Shown here one piece after another: positions 1-11,453 of a stretch of 64,000 bases of DNA (within the stretch, counting starts at the first letter, position 1; each line of letters starts with the position of its first letter). Source of the DNA: Octopus sinensis (lineage: Eukaryota); NCBI RefSeq assembly GCF_006345805.1, contig NC_043016.1, forward strand, positions 18,290,001 to 18,354,000, in the 5' to 3' direction. Both the position numbers and the translations under genes were made by a program. The notes beneath the pieces are model-generated. The model was given only the letters and a program-made list of their open reading frames with translations. It did no database searches and was not told the origin of the DNA.

Positions 1-431
1 AGAGCACCATCCGAGCATGATCATTGCCAGAGCAGCAAACGGGCTTCCGTGCCGGTGGCACGTAAAAAGCACCATTCGAGCGTGATCGTTACCAGCGTCA
101 CCATACTGGCACTTATGCTGGTGGCACGTGAAAAAGCATTCGAGCGAGGTCATTGCCAATGTAACTGGACTGGCTCCTGTGCAGGTGGCACATAAAAGAC
201 ACCATTTGAGCGTGGCCATTGCCAGTACTGCCTGACTGGCCCTTGTGCCTGTGGCACGTAAAAGCACCCACTACACTCTCGGAGTGGCTGGCATTAGGAA
301 GGGCATCTGGCTATAGAAACTCTGCCAGATCAAGATTGGAGCCTGGTGCAGCCATCTGGTTCACCAGTCCTCAGTCAAATCATCCAACTCATGCTAGCAT
401 GCAAAGCGGACATTAAACAATGATGATGATG
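1..431 (+). mobile_element. Non-autonomous retroposon with internal ~45-50 bp minisatellite (ggcacgtaaaagcacc...) and (ATG)n tail; runs off the left edge
   Basis: Repeated ggcacgtaaaa(a)gcacca units, conserved ggcattaggaagggcatc block, tail catgcaaagcggacattaaac(aatg)n; same family at 6491, 24299, 24800, 25655. Confidence 0.75.
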
Positions 432-648
432 TGTCTTGTTAAAAACAATTTATTAAAAAGCCTGATAGGTAAAATTGTTAGAGTATTGGACAAAATTCCT
501 TGAGGTATTTGTTCTAGTTCTTTACATTCCAAGTCCAAATCTTGGCATTCATTCTTTTGCATTGATAAAATAAATACTAGTCCTGTTATGATGTTGATTT
601 AACTCCTTAACCGTCATTGTTCTATGATACAAGCTTCTTGCTTTAGAG

Positions 649-1304
649 CATAGGTTCTCAAAGTGGGTGCTATTGGCACCTGGGCATTGAGACGGTCCAG
701 GTGGGCACTGGTGCCTAAGGGGGTGGTAGAGGAAAAGGAGGTATTGGGAGGAAAGCAGTGAATTGGGGGACGCTATGAATTTATTATAATATTATTATAG
801 TATTGTGTACAAATTATATAATATATTAAATATAAAATGATATATATACATATAGGCATAGGAGTGGCTGTGTGGTAAGTAGTTTGCTTATGAACCACAT
901 GGTTCTGGGTTCAGTCCCACTGCATGGTACCTTGGGTAAGGGCCTTCTACTATAGCCTCGGTCCAACCAAAGCCTTGTGAGTGGATTTGGTAGACAGAAA
1001 CTGAAAGCCTGTGATATATATGTATGTGTGTCTGTGTTTGTCCTCCCAACATTGCTTGACAACCGATGCTGGTGTGTTTACGTCTCCGTAACTTAGCGGT
1101 TCGGCAAAAGAGACCGATAGAATAAGTACTAGGCTTACAAAGAATAAGTCCTGGGGTTGATTTTCTCGACTAAAGGCGGTGCTCCAGCATGGCCACAGTC
1201 AAATGACTGAAACAAGTAAAACAGTATATAAATAGGGGTGGGACTGCTGAGGGTAATATGTGGCTATGAAGGGTGCAGTGGCCCTAAAAGTTTGAGGACC
1301 TCTG
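649..1304. mobile_element. hAT-type MITE interrupted by a SINE
   Basis: Termini cataggttctcaaagt ... aagtttgaggacctctg; imperfect 8-bp TSD ctttagag/ccttacag. Confidence 0.6.
855..1224 (+). mobile_element. tRNA-headed CORE-like SINE (family A) with internal microsatellite
   Basis: Head ggcataggagtggctgtgtgg, B-box-like ggttcagtccc, CORE-like ccttgggtaag, tail gctccagcatggccacagtcaaatgactgaaacaagtaaaa; many copies in window. Confidence 0.85.
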
Positions 1305-1825
1305 CCTTACAGTGACATGAGTCAAAAAAAAATAAACCTATCAACCCTTAATGCCAGTCTATGTCCCAAACACACAGCTTAATAACAATGAATCATTTTA
1401 CTAAATTCTTTAGTAATTTCATAATTGATTGGAACAAAAGCAGGTTATTTCAATGGAAATATGATAATGAAAGTGTTGATCTGTAAAAGTAGTGCAACAA
1501 TTTGATCCCTAAAACCTTTCTTTTAATAACATCGAACGTTATTCAACATGATAGCTATTTAACTGAGCTAAGTATTTCATTATTAATTGATTTATTTTCT
1601 TATATATTTAGTAACAAAGGTGGAACAAGAAAATGTGAGTAACAATTGAAGCATATCTAATTATTGGAAAGTGTTAAATCAAGTCTTGTTAAATGGAAAC
1701 AGTATTGAGTTCATCCTCCTGTTTTGAGGATGATGACCTGGTTGTCAGGCAACACCAGGTTTATCAAACAGCAATATACCTTTGTTGATAACATACTGTC
1801 AGTCCTTTAAATCTTGTCTGTCTAT

Positions 1826-2051
1826 CTCTTACACTCTTTATTGTTCCATTTATCGGACTGCGGCCATGCTGGAGCACCGCCTTCAGTCGAGCAAATCGAC
1901 CCCGGGACTTATTCTTTGTAAGCCTGGTACTTATTCTATCGGTTTCTTTTGCCGAACTGCTAAGTGACGGGGACGTAAACACACCAGCATCGGTTGTCAA
2001 GCAATGCTAGGGGGACAAACACAGACACACAAACACACACACACACATATA

Positions 2052-2116
<65 letters not shown>

Positions 2117-2291
2117 ATATATATATACACGGGCTTCTTTCAGTTTCCGTCTACCAAATCCACTCACAAGGCATTGGTCGGCCCGGGGCTATAGCAGAAG
2201 ACACTTTGCCCAAGATGCCACGCAGTGGCACTGAACCCGGAACCATGTGGCTGGTTAGCAAGCTACTTACCACACAGTCACTCCTGCGTCT
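1826..2291 (-). mobile_element. SINE family A
   Basis: Reverse complement of the 855-1224 family with internal (AT)n/(GT)n; a second degenerate copy follows to ~2557. Confidence 0.85.
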
Positions 2292-2704
2292 AGTTACTTA
2301 TTCTATCAGTATCTTTTGCTGAACCTCAATGTTGGATGGATGTGAACAAACCAACATCAATTGTCAAACATTGGCGAGAACACACGCACACACATACACA
2401 GCTTCTTTCAGTTTCTATGTACCAAATTTACACTCATGGTTTTAGTTGACCCAGGGCTATAGTAGAAGACACTTGCCTGGGATGCCATGCAGGGGACTGA
2501 ACCTAGAACCACGTAGTTGCGAAACAAACTTCTTACTGCACAACCACACCTGCATCTATAACTTTACCTGTGTCTAAGATCACACCTGTCAAGCAACCTC
2601 TTTTGCCAATGTTACAACACAGGAAAAGAATAATGTAACGTCATCACTGACATGAGCTTCATCTGAATTACCACGAACTGACTACCGTTTGCACTTGTAC
2701 TTAC

Positions 2705-2794
2705 CACAATATGATAGTTTAACGATCTATCCCAGTTTATTGTCGGCGAGTTCAATGACCTTGTGACCTGGTAAACTGGTAACTCTGAGTGTTT
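2705..2794 (-). CDS. Candidate 90-nt internal exon (KHSELPVYQVTRSLNSPTINWDRSLNYHIV), product unknown
   Basis: Minus-strand acceptor ctattgtgttttcag and donor GTG|gtaagtac; length divisible by 3; only the phase-0 frame is open; not repetitive. Confidence 0.3.
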
Positions 2795-2885
2795 CTGAAA
2801 ACACAATAGCTTTGTTGAATAACAAAACCATGATCTGACTTTTAGCAGGCATAAGGCCAGGTACTAAGAAGTCATAAGCTATTAA

Positions 2886-3474
2886 CCCTTTCGTTACCAT
2901 ATCTATTTTGAGATGCTCTGTTTCTTTCAATTAATTTTAAATATAGCAAGAGCACTCAGAGAGTGCAAACCTCTGCCAAGGTAACACCAATGTCCTCTCA
3001 GCGATTAGCCAGAGATGATTTTTAAAATGAGAATATCTGAAATAAACTCGAATGCTCTCACAAACGAGAATACTAAAAATGAACTTGACCGCTCTCAAAA
3101 ATTAAGTTAAGAAACAGAAAAAAATAATCCAGAATCCTTGTCCAGTACCAGATTCATCCCCAAATCTAATCAGTTTGCGCCAGTCATGGGGCCAAACATC
3201 CCTGAAAGTTTCATGTGAATCCATCCTGCGGTTCTTGAGATATCTTGTCCACAGACCAACAAACAAACAAACACAGCTGAAAACAATACCACCGCCTTCA
3301 CTAAGGCGGAAATAACAAAGAATTTAGTAAAATAACTTGGTTATCATTAAGCTAGTGTTAGGAACATAAATTGTGACTTAGGGTTGGTGGAATATTTTAA
3401 TTCAAACCTTATGAAAACAAAACATTTGTATTACAGATCCACAGATAGTTTCAAGTGGGTTGGTATCAAAAGGG
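2886..3474. mobile_element. piggyBac-like MITE (family P1) interrupted by a Helentron-type element
   Basis: TTAA|ccctttcgttacc ... ggtatcaaaaggg|TTAA. Confidence 0.8.
2946..3314. mobile_element. Helentron-associated non-autonomous element (HINE/DINE-1-like)
   Basis: Starts gcaagagcactcagagagtgcaaacctctgcc; (aaac)n microsatellite; terminal hairpin ccgcc-ttcactaa-ggcgg; inserted at an A|A (T|T) step with no TSD. Confidence 0.6.
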
Positions 3475-3505
3475 TTAAGAATTGTTTCTCTGTTATATAT
3501 TTTAA

Positions 3506-3712
3506 CCCTTTTGTTACCATATTTCTGTTGATATATTCTGTGTTTCTTTCAATTAATTTTAAATATAACAAAGAATTTAGTAAAATAAATCAGTTATCAT
3601 TCAGCTAGTGTTAGGAACATAAATTGTGACTAAGGTTTGGTGGAAGATTTTAATTCAGAACTTTTGAGAAGAAGAGCCAGAGGCAGTTTCAGGTGGGTTG
3701 TTATCTAAAGGG
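3506..3712. mobile_element. piggyBac-like MITE P1, copy 2
   Basis: TTAA|cccttttgttacc ... ttatctaaaggg|TTAA. Confidence 0.8.
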
Positions 3713-3743
3713 TTAAGAATTATTTCTCTATTATATATTTTAA

Positions 3744-3922
3744 CCCTTTTGTTACCATGAAATAACAAAGAATTTAGTAAAATAACTTGGTTATCATTAA
3801 GCTAGTTAGGAATGTAAATTCTGACTAAGGTTTGGTGGAAGATTTTAATTCAGAACTTATGGAAACAAGACAATTGTTCTACAGAGCCAGAGGCGGTTTC
3901 AACCAGGTTGGTAACGAAAGGG
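3744..3922. mobile_element. piggyBac-like MITE P1, copy 3 (internally deleted)
   Basis: TTAA|cccttttgttacc ... ggtaacgaaaggg|TTAA. Confidence 0.8.
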
Positions 3923-3989
3923 TTAAATTGACCTCGGTTTTTTTATTGATTAATGAGACTTGAAATATAAAACTGATGTCAGTAGGAGC

Positions 3990-4746
3990 CAGAATGGAGG
4001 TATGGCTGTGTGGTAAGAAGCTTGTTTCTCAATCACATGGTGTCAGGTTCAGACCCACTGCATGGCACTTTGGGCAAGTATCTACTACTGTAGCTCCAGG
4101 TCAACCAAAGCCTTGTGAGTGGCTTTGGTAAACAGGAACTGTGTGGAAGCCTGTCATTGTATATATATATGTGTGTGTGTGTGTGTATGTTTGGGTACAT
4201 GGTGGGAGTGTGTATGTGTGTGTGTGTGCATATGCATATATTCATGTATGTGTGTGTGTGTGTGTGTGTGTTTATGTGAGTATGTCTTTGTGTACAGATG
4301 TGTGTATGTATGTATGTGTGTGCATCTTTGTCCCAACCACTGCTTGACAACTGGTGCTGGTTTGCTTATGTCACTGTAACTCAGTGGTTCAGCAAAAGAG
4401 ACCTATAGAATAAGTACCCGACTTTAAAAGTAAGTACCAGGGTCAATTTGTTGTGATTAAACCCTTCGACCCTTTAGCATTCAGGTTGCTCTGCTAAATG
4501 TATTCCTTATTCATTCCCATTGATTTTAATCAATCATGCATTATCTCATAGCTTTAGTGATTTCAATGACATAATTTTTTATTTTTAGAATAATATTGTA
4601 TTATAAGTGCGAGAGGCTGGATCTGGCCAGTCTGAAGATAAAAACAGATGAATTGTTTTAGCTGATATAAATGCGGAAGAGTTAAGGCAGTGCCCCAGCA
4701 TGGTCGCAGTACAATGACAGAAACAAATAAAAGATAAAAGATAAAA
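3990..4746 (+). mobile_element. SINE family A with a degenerate piggyBac-like MITE (P2, ~4472-4682) nested in its tail
   Basis: SINE head, long (GT)n, tail resumes at ggcagtgccccagcatgg after ccctttagcatt...gaagagTTAA. Confidence 0.7.
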
Positions 4747-4923
4747 ATTGTCTGAAGCTCTATTGATTTTGCCAGTCACTACCCTGTAATGAATTACATC
4801 ATGAGACTTAGTGACTCAGAGGTTCCGTATTTAGAATTTGGTTATTTGTTGAAGTAGTGATCTGTGAGATTCGGTAAATTTTCAGAAAGGAATGTCATTG
4901 AAAACACAACTACACAAAAAAAA

Positions 4924-4955
<32 letters not shown>

Positions 4956-5054
4956 CAAATGAAAAGTAAATAAATACATAATAGTTGCCCAGTCTTTAAT
5001 TCAAAGAACAACGCTACTCAGTTATTAATTCAAGAATTGAAACAGAACTGATGA

Positions 5055-5176
5055 TATGTGTACAAACACTCACACAAACACACACATACATGCACACACA
5101 CACACACATGCACACGCAAATTCATACACACATTCACGCACAAGTATGTATGTGTTTGTGTTTATATGTATATTGA

Positions 5177-5216
<40 letters not shown>

Positions 5217-5375
5217 TGTGTGTGTGTGTGTGTGTATATATGTGTATATATATATACACGCAGATGCATATACATCTATATGTATACAGATGTATGTATA
5301 TATGTATGCAAATATACATGGTTGTGTGTATATGTATATATATATATAGATATACACACACATGCACATACACAT
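5055..5375. repeat. Compound (CA)n/(GT)n/(AT)n microsatellite
   Basis: Direct inspection; source of several spurious ORFs. Confidence 0.95.
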
Positions 5376-5990
5376 GATATGCAATCCTCAAATGCATATC
5401 GTGTCAGTGAATGAGGGTGACTGTGATTGCTTGATTTGCTAAAGATAGTAGTCGAATGTTCTTCATATTGCACTGAATACCATATCTTTTTTTGTTTTTA
5501 GTTTTTCTCTTTTCTGTTTTAATGGCAGAACTATAATTCAACTGTGTTAGACTTTGCTTAGCACCTACCACCTCTTTCTGCATGAAAGCATGAGTAATAA
5601 GAGGTAAAGTGAAGTGAGTTTGGTATACTCAGTAAATTTACTCTACTGAAGTTATCAATTTGTTCTTACTTTGTCTGGAAGTAGTTTTTTTTTGTTTTTG
5701 AACAACGCTGAGATATACACATATATACATACACACATTTATAAAGTCATAAATGATAGAAATAGTTTGATGAAATTTTATTTAACAATAAGAAAATTGT
5801 AATATCATGACAATTTGTTTCATAACTTAAAAACTTGTAAATATTTTATATTATTATATTTAATTATTTACACGTCTTCATTAATGCACAATCCAAAAGA
5901 TCCTTCAAAATTAAGGAGCTTTTTTTATGGGTACTACCTGATTATTTGAATCCATATATTGTGACTTAAATTTACATATATATTTACACA

Positions 5991-6205
5991 TATGAGAGGT
6001 TGTTGAAAATTTTCTGATTTAGGGTAAAAGAAAATACACAAGAATCAGTTAATTATGATTTTATTAAACACATTCTCCTCACACATTCATACACCTATTG
6101 CAAGGGACCCTCAGTTTTTCTAAGCCTTGTAAAAGAACTCAGAAGGGTGGGCTTCCAACCAGGCTTTTTGAGACACCTTAAAGCCAGGAACTTTTCAGCA
6201 CTCCT

Positions 6206-6208
<3 letters not shown>
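5991..6208. mobile_element. Degenerate mariner-type MITE
   Basis: Imperfect TIRs tatgagaggttgttgaaaattttctga / aagccaggaacttttcagcactccttg. Confidence 0.45.
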
Positions 6209-6255
<47 letters not shown>

Positions 6256-6261
6256 TACATA

Positions 6262-6471
6262 CAGTAATCCTTCACCATATCACGGTTTATCATTTAAGCT
6301 TACGTCGATTCCTCCATGGTGTCGTTTTGCATTTATAAGGAAATAAATGTATACAAATTATTAAAAATAATAAAATAGAATATACAGTACTGTACTGTTT
6401 CCACTTCACGGATTTTCACCTGTCACAGGGGTTTTTGGAATGTAACACCTGTGATAGTCAAGGGATTACGG
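6262..6471. mobile_element. Tigger/pogo-like MITE
   Basis: TA|cagtaatccttcaccatatcacgg ... cctgtgatagtcaagggattacgg|TA. Confidence 0.7.
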
Positions 6472-6490
6472 TATATGTGTGTGTGTATAT

Positions 6491-6930
6491 ATCATCATCA
6501 TCATCATCATCATTTAGCGTCCGTTTTCCATGCTAGCATGGGTTGGACGGTTTAACTGGGGTCTGTGAAGCCGGAAGGCTTCATCAGGCCCAGTCAGATT
6601 GGCAGTATTTCTATGGCTGGATGCCCTTCCTAACGCCAACTACTCCGTGAGTGTAGTGGGTGCTTTTTACGTACCACCTGCACAGGTGCCAGACAGAGCT
6701 GGCAAACGACCACGAACGGATGGTGTTTTTTCGTGCTACCGGCACGGGGGCCAGGCGAGGCTGGCAACGGACACGAACGGATGGTGCTTTTACGTGCCAG
6801 GCAAGGCTGGCAACGGGCACGAACGGATGGTGCTTTTACGTGCTACACGAACGGATGGTGCTTTTACGTGCTACCGGCACGGGGGCCAGGCGAGGCTGGC
6901 AACGGACACGAGCGGATGGTGCTTTTACGT
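6491..6930 (-). mobile_element. (ATG)n-tailed minisatellite-bearing retroposon
   Basis: (atc)n gtttagcgtccgttttccatgctagc..., tandem gcacgaacggatggtgcttttacgtg units. Confidence 0.8.
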
Positions 6931-6936
6931 ATATAT

Positions 6937-7132
6937 ATGAAGTATGATGACTTGGTGACAGAACTAACAAATGAGGGGTAACATTGCACTGTACAAGCAG
7001 TGGTAGTTGGCACAGAGAGATTTGTTGCAGTAATCATGGGCCAGATCAGTCTCAAAAGAACACCAACAATGAAGCACCTGTCAGAGACAGTTTAGAAGAG
7101 CTCAGTTTGGTCATGGGTGAAAAGGAATGACT
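6937..7132 (+). pseudogene. C-terminal restriction-like endonuclease remnant of a HERO/NeSL-group non-LTR retrotransposon
   Basis: One frame reads KYDDLVTELTNEG*HCTVQAVVVGTERFVA...KHLSETV*KSSVWSWVKR, matching the recalled KY.L...GW...VEVG.RGF...AE.S.W.W.KR pattern. Confidence 0.6.
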
Positions 7133-7547
7133 GATGGAACTGAAAGAAGATACAACAAACCACTAAACATAGTAGAAAGGAAACTCAGTTTGAAAAGTAC
7201 ATGCAGTGGCTGAACAATAGGTTCACCCAAAAGATTTGAGTGTAATCGCCATTGAAGGTGGCATTTAAATAACAGCAGGAGGACATCTAGGAGCCACTAC
7301 ATAGGTGGGCCTGGCTCCTTTGGAGTGTCAGGAACTAATGAGCTGAAACTCTTGTTTGACAGTTCTTCGTCTTAAGACTTCTCTGCTCACTCTGTACCAA
7401 GTTTCCTCTCTCTCTCTCCCTCTTTCTCCCCCTATCTCTCTCTATATATATATTGTGTGTGTGTATATATTGTGTGTATATATTGTGTGTATATATATAT
7501 ATTGTGTGTGTGTATATATATATATGTTGTATGTGCTTATCTATCTA

Positions 7548-7579
<32 letters not shown>

Positions 7580-8461
7580 CCTATTTGCCTACCTACATAC
7601 CGACCGCTCAACCGACCTACCTACCTACCTACCTACCTACCTACCTACCTATTTATCTATTTACCTACCTACCTACATACCTATTTACCTACCTATCTAT
7701 CTACCTACCTACCTACCTACATTCATTCATTCATTCATTAAGGAATGGAGTAGATGAGATCCGAACTACTTATGTTTCATAATGAATGGAACCTCCGAAG
7801 TGGTAAATATCTAAGCGAGGTGTATACCACAGGCTACTTGTTAGGCCAAGGGTATATTGATTTGATGAAAATTTACTTTGTTGCAAGGAGGTTCATGTCA
7901 ACACATGGAAAATTCAATCAAAATGTTTAGAAACAAGGGAGACAGGTTCTCTCCCTATGCTTGTTGTAGGGAGTGAACCTGTCTCCTTTGTCAGCTGTTA
8001 GAAAAGTGCTCTCATGTGGCTAAGAGTTGTTTCTAGCAATGCTGGTGCCTACTAGCACCCTCTGTCACTTTAGTGATGTCTATACTTGTTGTGGATATGT
8101 ATATACTCTTTTACTCTTTTACTTGTTTCAGTCATTTGACTGCGGCCATGCTGAAGCACCGCCTTTATATATATATATATATATATAATGCTTGCATGGA
8201 TATATATGATATACTTAGACATTTTGACATTGTGTAAATGTGTGTGTGTGTACATGAGTGTGTGTGAGTGTGTGTGTGTTTGTGTGTGATTTGAAACTAG
8301 AAACCACTCCCATGTAGTCTTAATTTATTCATTGTGTCACTATTACTGGTTTAGCCACCCCAGTATTAGAAATCTAACCCAGAAAGCATGCAGGCAAATA
8401 TACTTTTATTGCACCAACTTAAATATGTATAAATCTGTCTGTTAGTCCATCTGTCGTCACG

Positions 8462-8493
<32 letters not shown>

Positions 8494-8780
8494 CTTACTC
8501 AGTGTCTGTTTCTCTCTTGTCTGCCTACATATTTCTGTCTGTCGGTCTCACTCGGCGCGGGCATGGCTGTGTGGTTAGGGAGCTTGCTTCCTAGCTACAT
8601 GGTTTCGGGTTCAGTCCCACTGCGTGGCACTTTTGGGCAGGTGTCTTCTGCTATAGCCCCGAGTCGACCAAAGCTTTGTGATTGAATTCGGTAGGCGGAG
8701 GTTACTGCCGTGTGTGTATATGTGTGTGTAGGTGCTCAGTGCCTCTCCGAAAGAGAGAGAGGGATATATATATATGTATG

Positions 8781-9060
8781 ATGGCACATGGCTTAGTGGT
8801 TAGGGTGTTGCACTCATGATCACAAGACGATAATTACAATTCATAGACTGGGTAAGTGTGTTGTGTTCTTGAATAAAACACTTTATCTTACGTCACTCTA
8901 CAATCACTTCAACGACACCTGACGTGTGGTACACAGTGCACCTGTTCAGGCAACGTTGATTTGATGAAGGAAGTGAGTTAATGTACAGCACATTCATTGG
9001 ATCACTATAAACAAACTATTTGTGTGGGGTTGCTTGGCAAAAGCTGAATGCTCATGTGTG
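8781..9060 (+). mobile_element. tRNA-headed SINE family C (degenerate)
   Basis: A-box tggcttagtgg and body gtgttgtgttcttgaataaaacacttta; related to 26890-27168. Confidence 0.55.
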
Positions 9061-9080
9061 ATCTTCGATGGGAGTGTTCA

Positions 9081-9473
9081 TCTTTATATATAAAAGAGAG
9101 GTTGTGTGCTGTCTGTCTCCTACGATTTAGATTCCTAACTACTCCCAAACTTTGCGGTGCAGTATAACCAAAACCGGGTATCTATAGTCGTGATTCATAT
9201 CGAGCCCTTCTGGGTATTGGCGCGCGTCTACAATGTCTACGATTTAAAAAAAAATTTACCATCTTTTTCCCCCCATTTTTAATGCATTTTTTTGCTATTA
9301 TATAAGGGAAGTAACTCTCTAAAAATGTATTATTAATCTCAGAACGTAAAAAGCTACAGTAACACCCCCCCTTGTGGTTAGCCATATTGAGATGGCTATT
9401 ATACTTTACATCTCTAAAAATGCTTAATAGTTATTTCCCTTACAAACTGAGCAACGCCGGGCGATACTGCTAG
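9081..9473 (+). mobile_element. Non-autonomous Helitron
   Basis: A|TCtttatatataaaa start, 3' gagcaacgccggg, CTAG|T end, no TSD; close copy at 59214-59603. Confidence 0.85.
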
Positions 9474-9532
9474 TTATATATATATATATATATTATATAT
9501 ATCTATATATATCGTGTGTTGTGTGTGTGTGT

Positions 9533-9838
9533 GGAGACGCAATGGCCCAGTGGTTAGGGCAGTGGACTCGCGGTTAGAGGATCGCGGTTTCGATTCCCAG
9601 ACCAGGTGTTGTGTGTGTTTATTTTAGTGAAAACACCTAAAAGCTCCACAAGGCTCCGGCAGAGGGTGGTGGCGACCCCTGTTGTAATCTTTCACCACAA
9701 CTTTGTCTCACTGTCTCTTCCTGTTTCTTGAGTAACACTGCGATGGACTGGCGTCCCGTCCAGCTGGGGGGAACACATACGCCACAGAAACTGGGAAACC
9801 GGGCCCATGAGCCTGGCTAGACTTGAAAAGGGCGACGT
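9533..9838 (+). mobile_element. tRNA-headed SINE family D with V-domain-like segment
   Basis: A-box tggcccagtgg, B-box ggtttcgattcc, gcgatggactggcgtcccgtccag motif. Confidence 0.65.
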
Positions 9839-10734
9839 AAGAGAGTACATTATAAAGCTTGTCCACTTTCAGATTTCATCCCATGCTATACAGTTGTAAT
9901 ATTATATGCACTTCCTGGTTTGTGCTTGAGCTTCTGTCATGTGTGAATAGATAATTGAAAAAATTTGGAGTCAACAAGGAGTAGGAGTGCAACTGGACAT
10001 TTGTTATTTAATCACTACAATTGTTTCTACGCAATGTAGTTCCCCAGACATACAGGTACTTGATTATGCAACCATTTCCCTGCATTATGAGATCTAGTTG
10101 TGTTTCCTCAGGTGATATGTAAATATTGTTTCCATATATATATATATATATGTGGCCCAGGAAGACATGGGGACAAAATAGTGAAGGCTGATCCTCAGAC
10201 ACTATGCTCTCTCTCATATCTGCCATCATGCCCCACTCACGGTTGCTAATGTTATGTATCTTATGTATCTCTACAACCTGACCCCACCCCACCACCCATT
10301 GTTCTTACACCTTGCACATCATCCCCTTATTCTCCTTTCTGAGCCACTCCTATCTCTCTCATCTTTCCCCTTTTCCATACTGATATTTCCAAAACTGCAA
10401 TGCCAACTTTGTTCATCACTCTTTACATTCACTTCTACCCACATTTCTGAACACCTGCTACACAAAGGTAAACACTAGGTGATTATCTCCCTGGCATTTA
10501 CCTTTATAGCAAGGCATTTTTCCCTCCAAATTTGAAGAGGTCAGAGGCTAGAAGTGTTCGGGGTCTGAAGATAAGCTGTAAGGCCAGATACCTTTTGAGC
10601 GAGAAACCCAGGGTAGTCCTTTAGACTGGCCTCCCCCATTATAATAGGAACTGCTCTACATCTTAGGGTGTGCTTCTCCTCCAAATTTATGTATTTCTAC
10701 AAATATGTCTGTCTGTCTGTCTGTCTATATATCA

Positions 10735-10985
10735 GGCTATCAGATGTTGTTACATATCGCTGGTCACAATGCACTTCACATTGTTTTAGCCTTCAAATGA
10801 CGCCACCCCGCTGGCTAAGCAAGTAGGCCAACAGAAGAAAGAATGAGAGAAAGTTGCGATGAAAGCGTACAGCAGGGATTGCCACCACCCCTGCCAGAGC
10901 CTTGTGGAGCTTTAGGTGTTTTTGCTCAATAAACACTCACAACGCTTGGTCTGCTGTCCTAACCACTGGGCCATTGCGCCTCCAC
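10735..10985 (-). mobile_element. SINE sharing the family D head/body but with a different tail
   Basis: Reverse complement gives ggaggcgcaatggcccagtggttagg...aaacacctaaagctccacaaggctc; tail differs from the 9533 copy. Confidence 0.65.
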
Positions 10986-10989
10986 CTGT

Positions 10990-11316
10990 CTACATATATA
11001 TATCTAAATATATATATAAATATGTATGTATATACGTATATACATATAGTTGTATATATGTATATACGTATGTATATATGTATATACGTATGTATATATG
11101 TATATATGTATGTATATATGTATATACGTATGCATATATATATACGTATGCATGTATATGTATGTATGTATACATATGTATATATATATATGTATGTATG
11201 TATACATATGTATATATATATATGTATGTATATGTATGCATATATATATGTATGTATACATATGTATATATATATTTATATGTATGTACATGTATGTGTG
11301 TGTGTATATATATATA
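10990..11316. repeat. (AT)/(ATGT)-type microsatellite
   Basis: Direct inspection. Confidence 0.95.
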
Positions 11317-11397
11317 ATTGTTAAAGGGGACAACAAACATAAAGTCAAGGCAAACATTTCACATCTTATACAATATTGTTTTTGGAAAAAATTCGAA

Positions 11398-11453
11398 GTC
11401 TTACAGTTGTTTCTGGGATATCCCCGAGTATGGGATATTCCGTCATCAGAGAC
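11398..11453 (-). ncRNA. Type I hammerhead ribozyme (family H1) in a Penelope-type repeat
   Basis: Minus strand GTCT-CTGATGA-[CGGAATATCCC atactcg GGGATATCCCA]-GAA-ACAACTGT-A-AGAC: stem I 4 bp, core intact, GUA cleavage triplet. Confidence 0.75.

Noticed and set aside
1-300. Regularly spaced ~45-50 bp repeats resembling a CRISPR array
   Set aside because: Spacers are homologous to each other and the array is internal to a multi-copy eukaryotic retroposon; no cas genes
1612-1634. 23-nt plus-strand micro-exon (TKVEQEN, gtgagt donor)
   Set aside because: Too short to support without RNA data
1729-1800. Box C/D snoRNA or SECIS (ATGATGA then stem)
   Set aside because: No downstream CTGA box D and no GA quartet on the 3' arm
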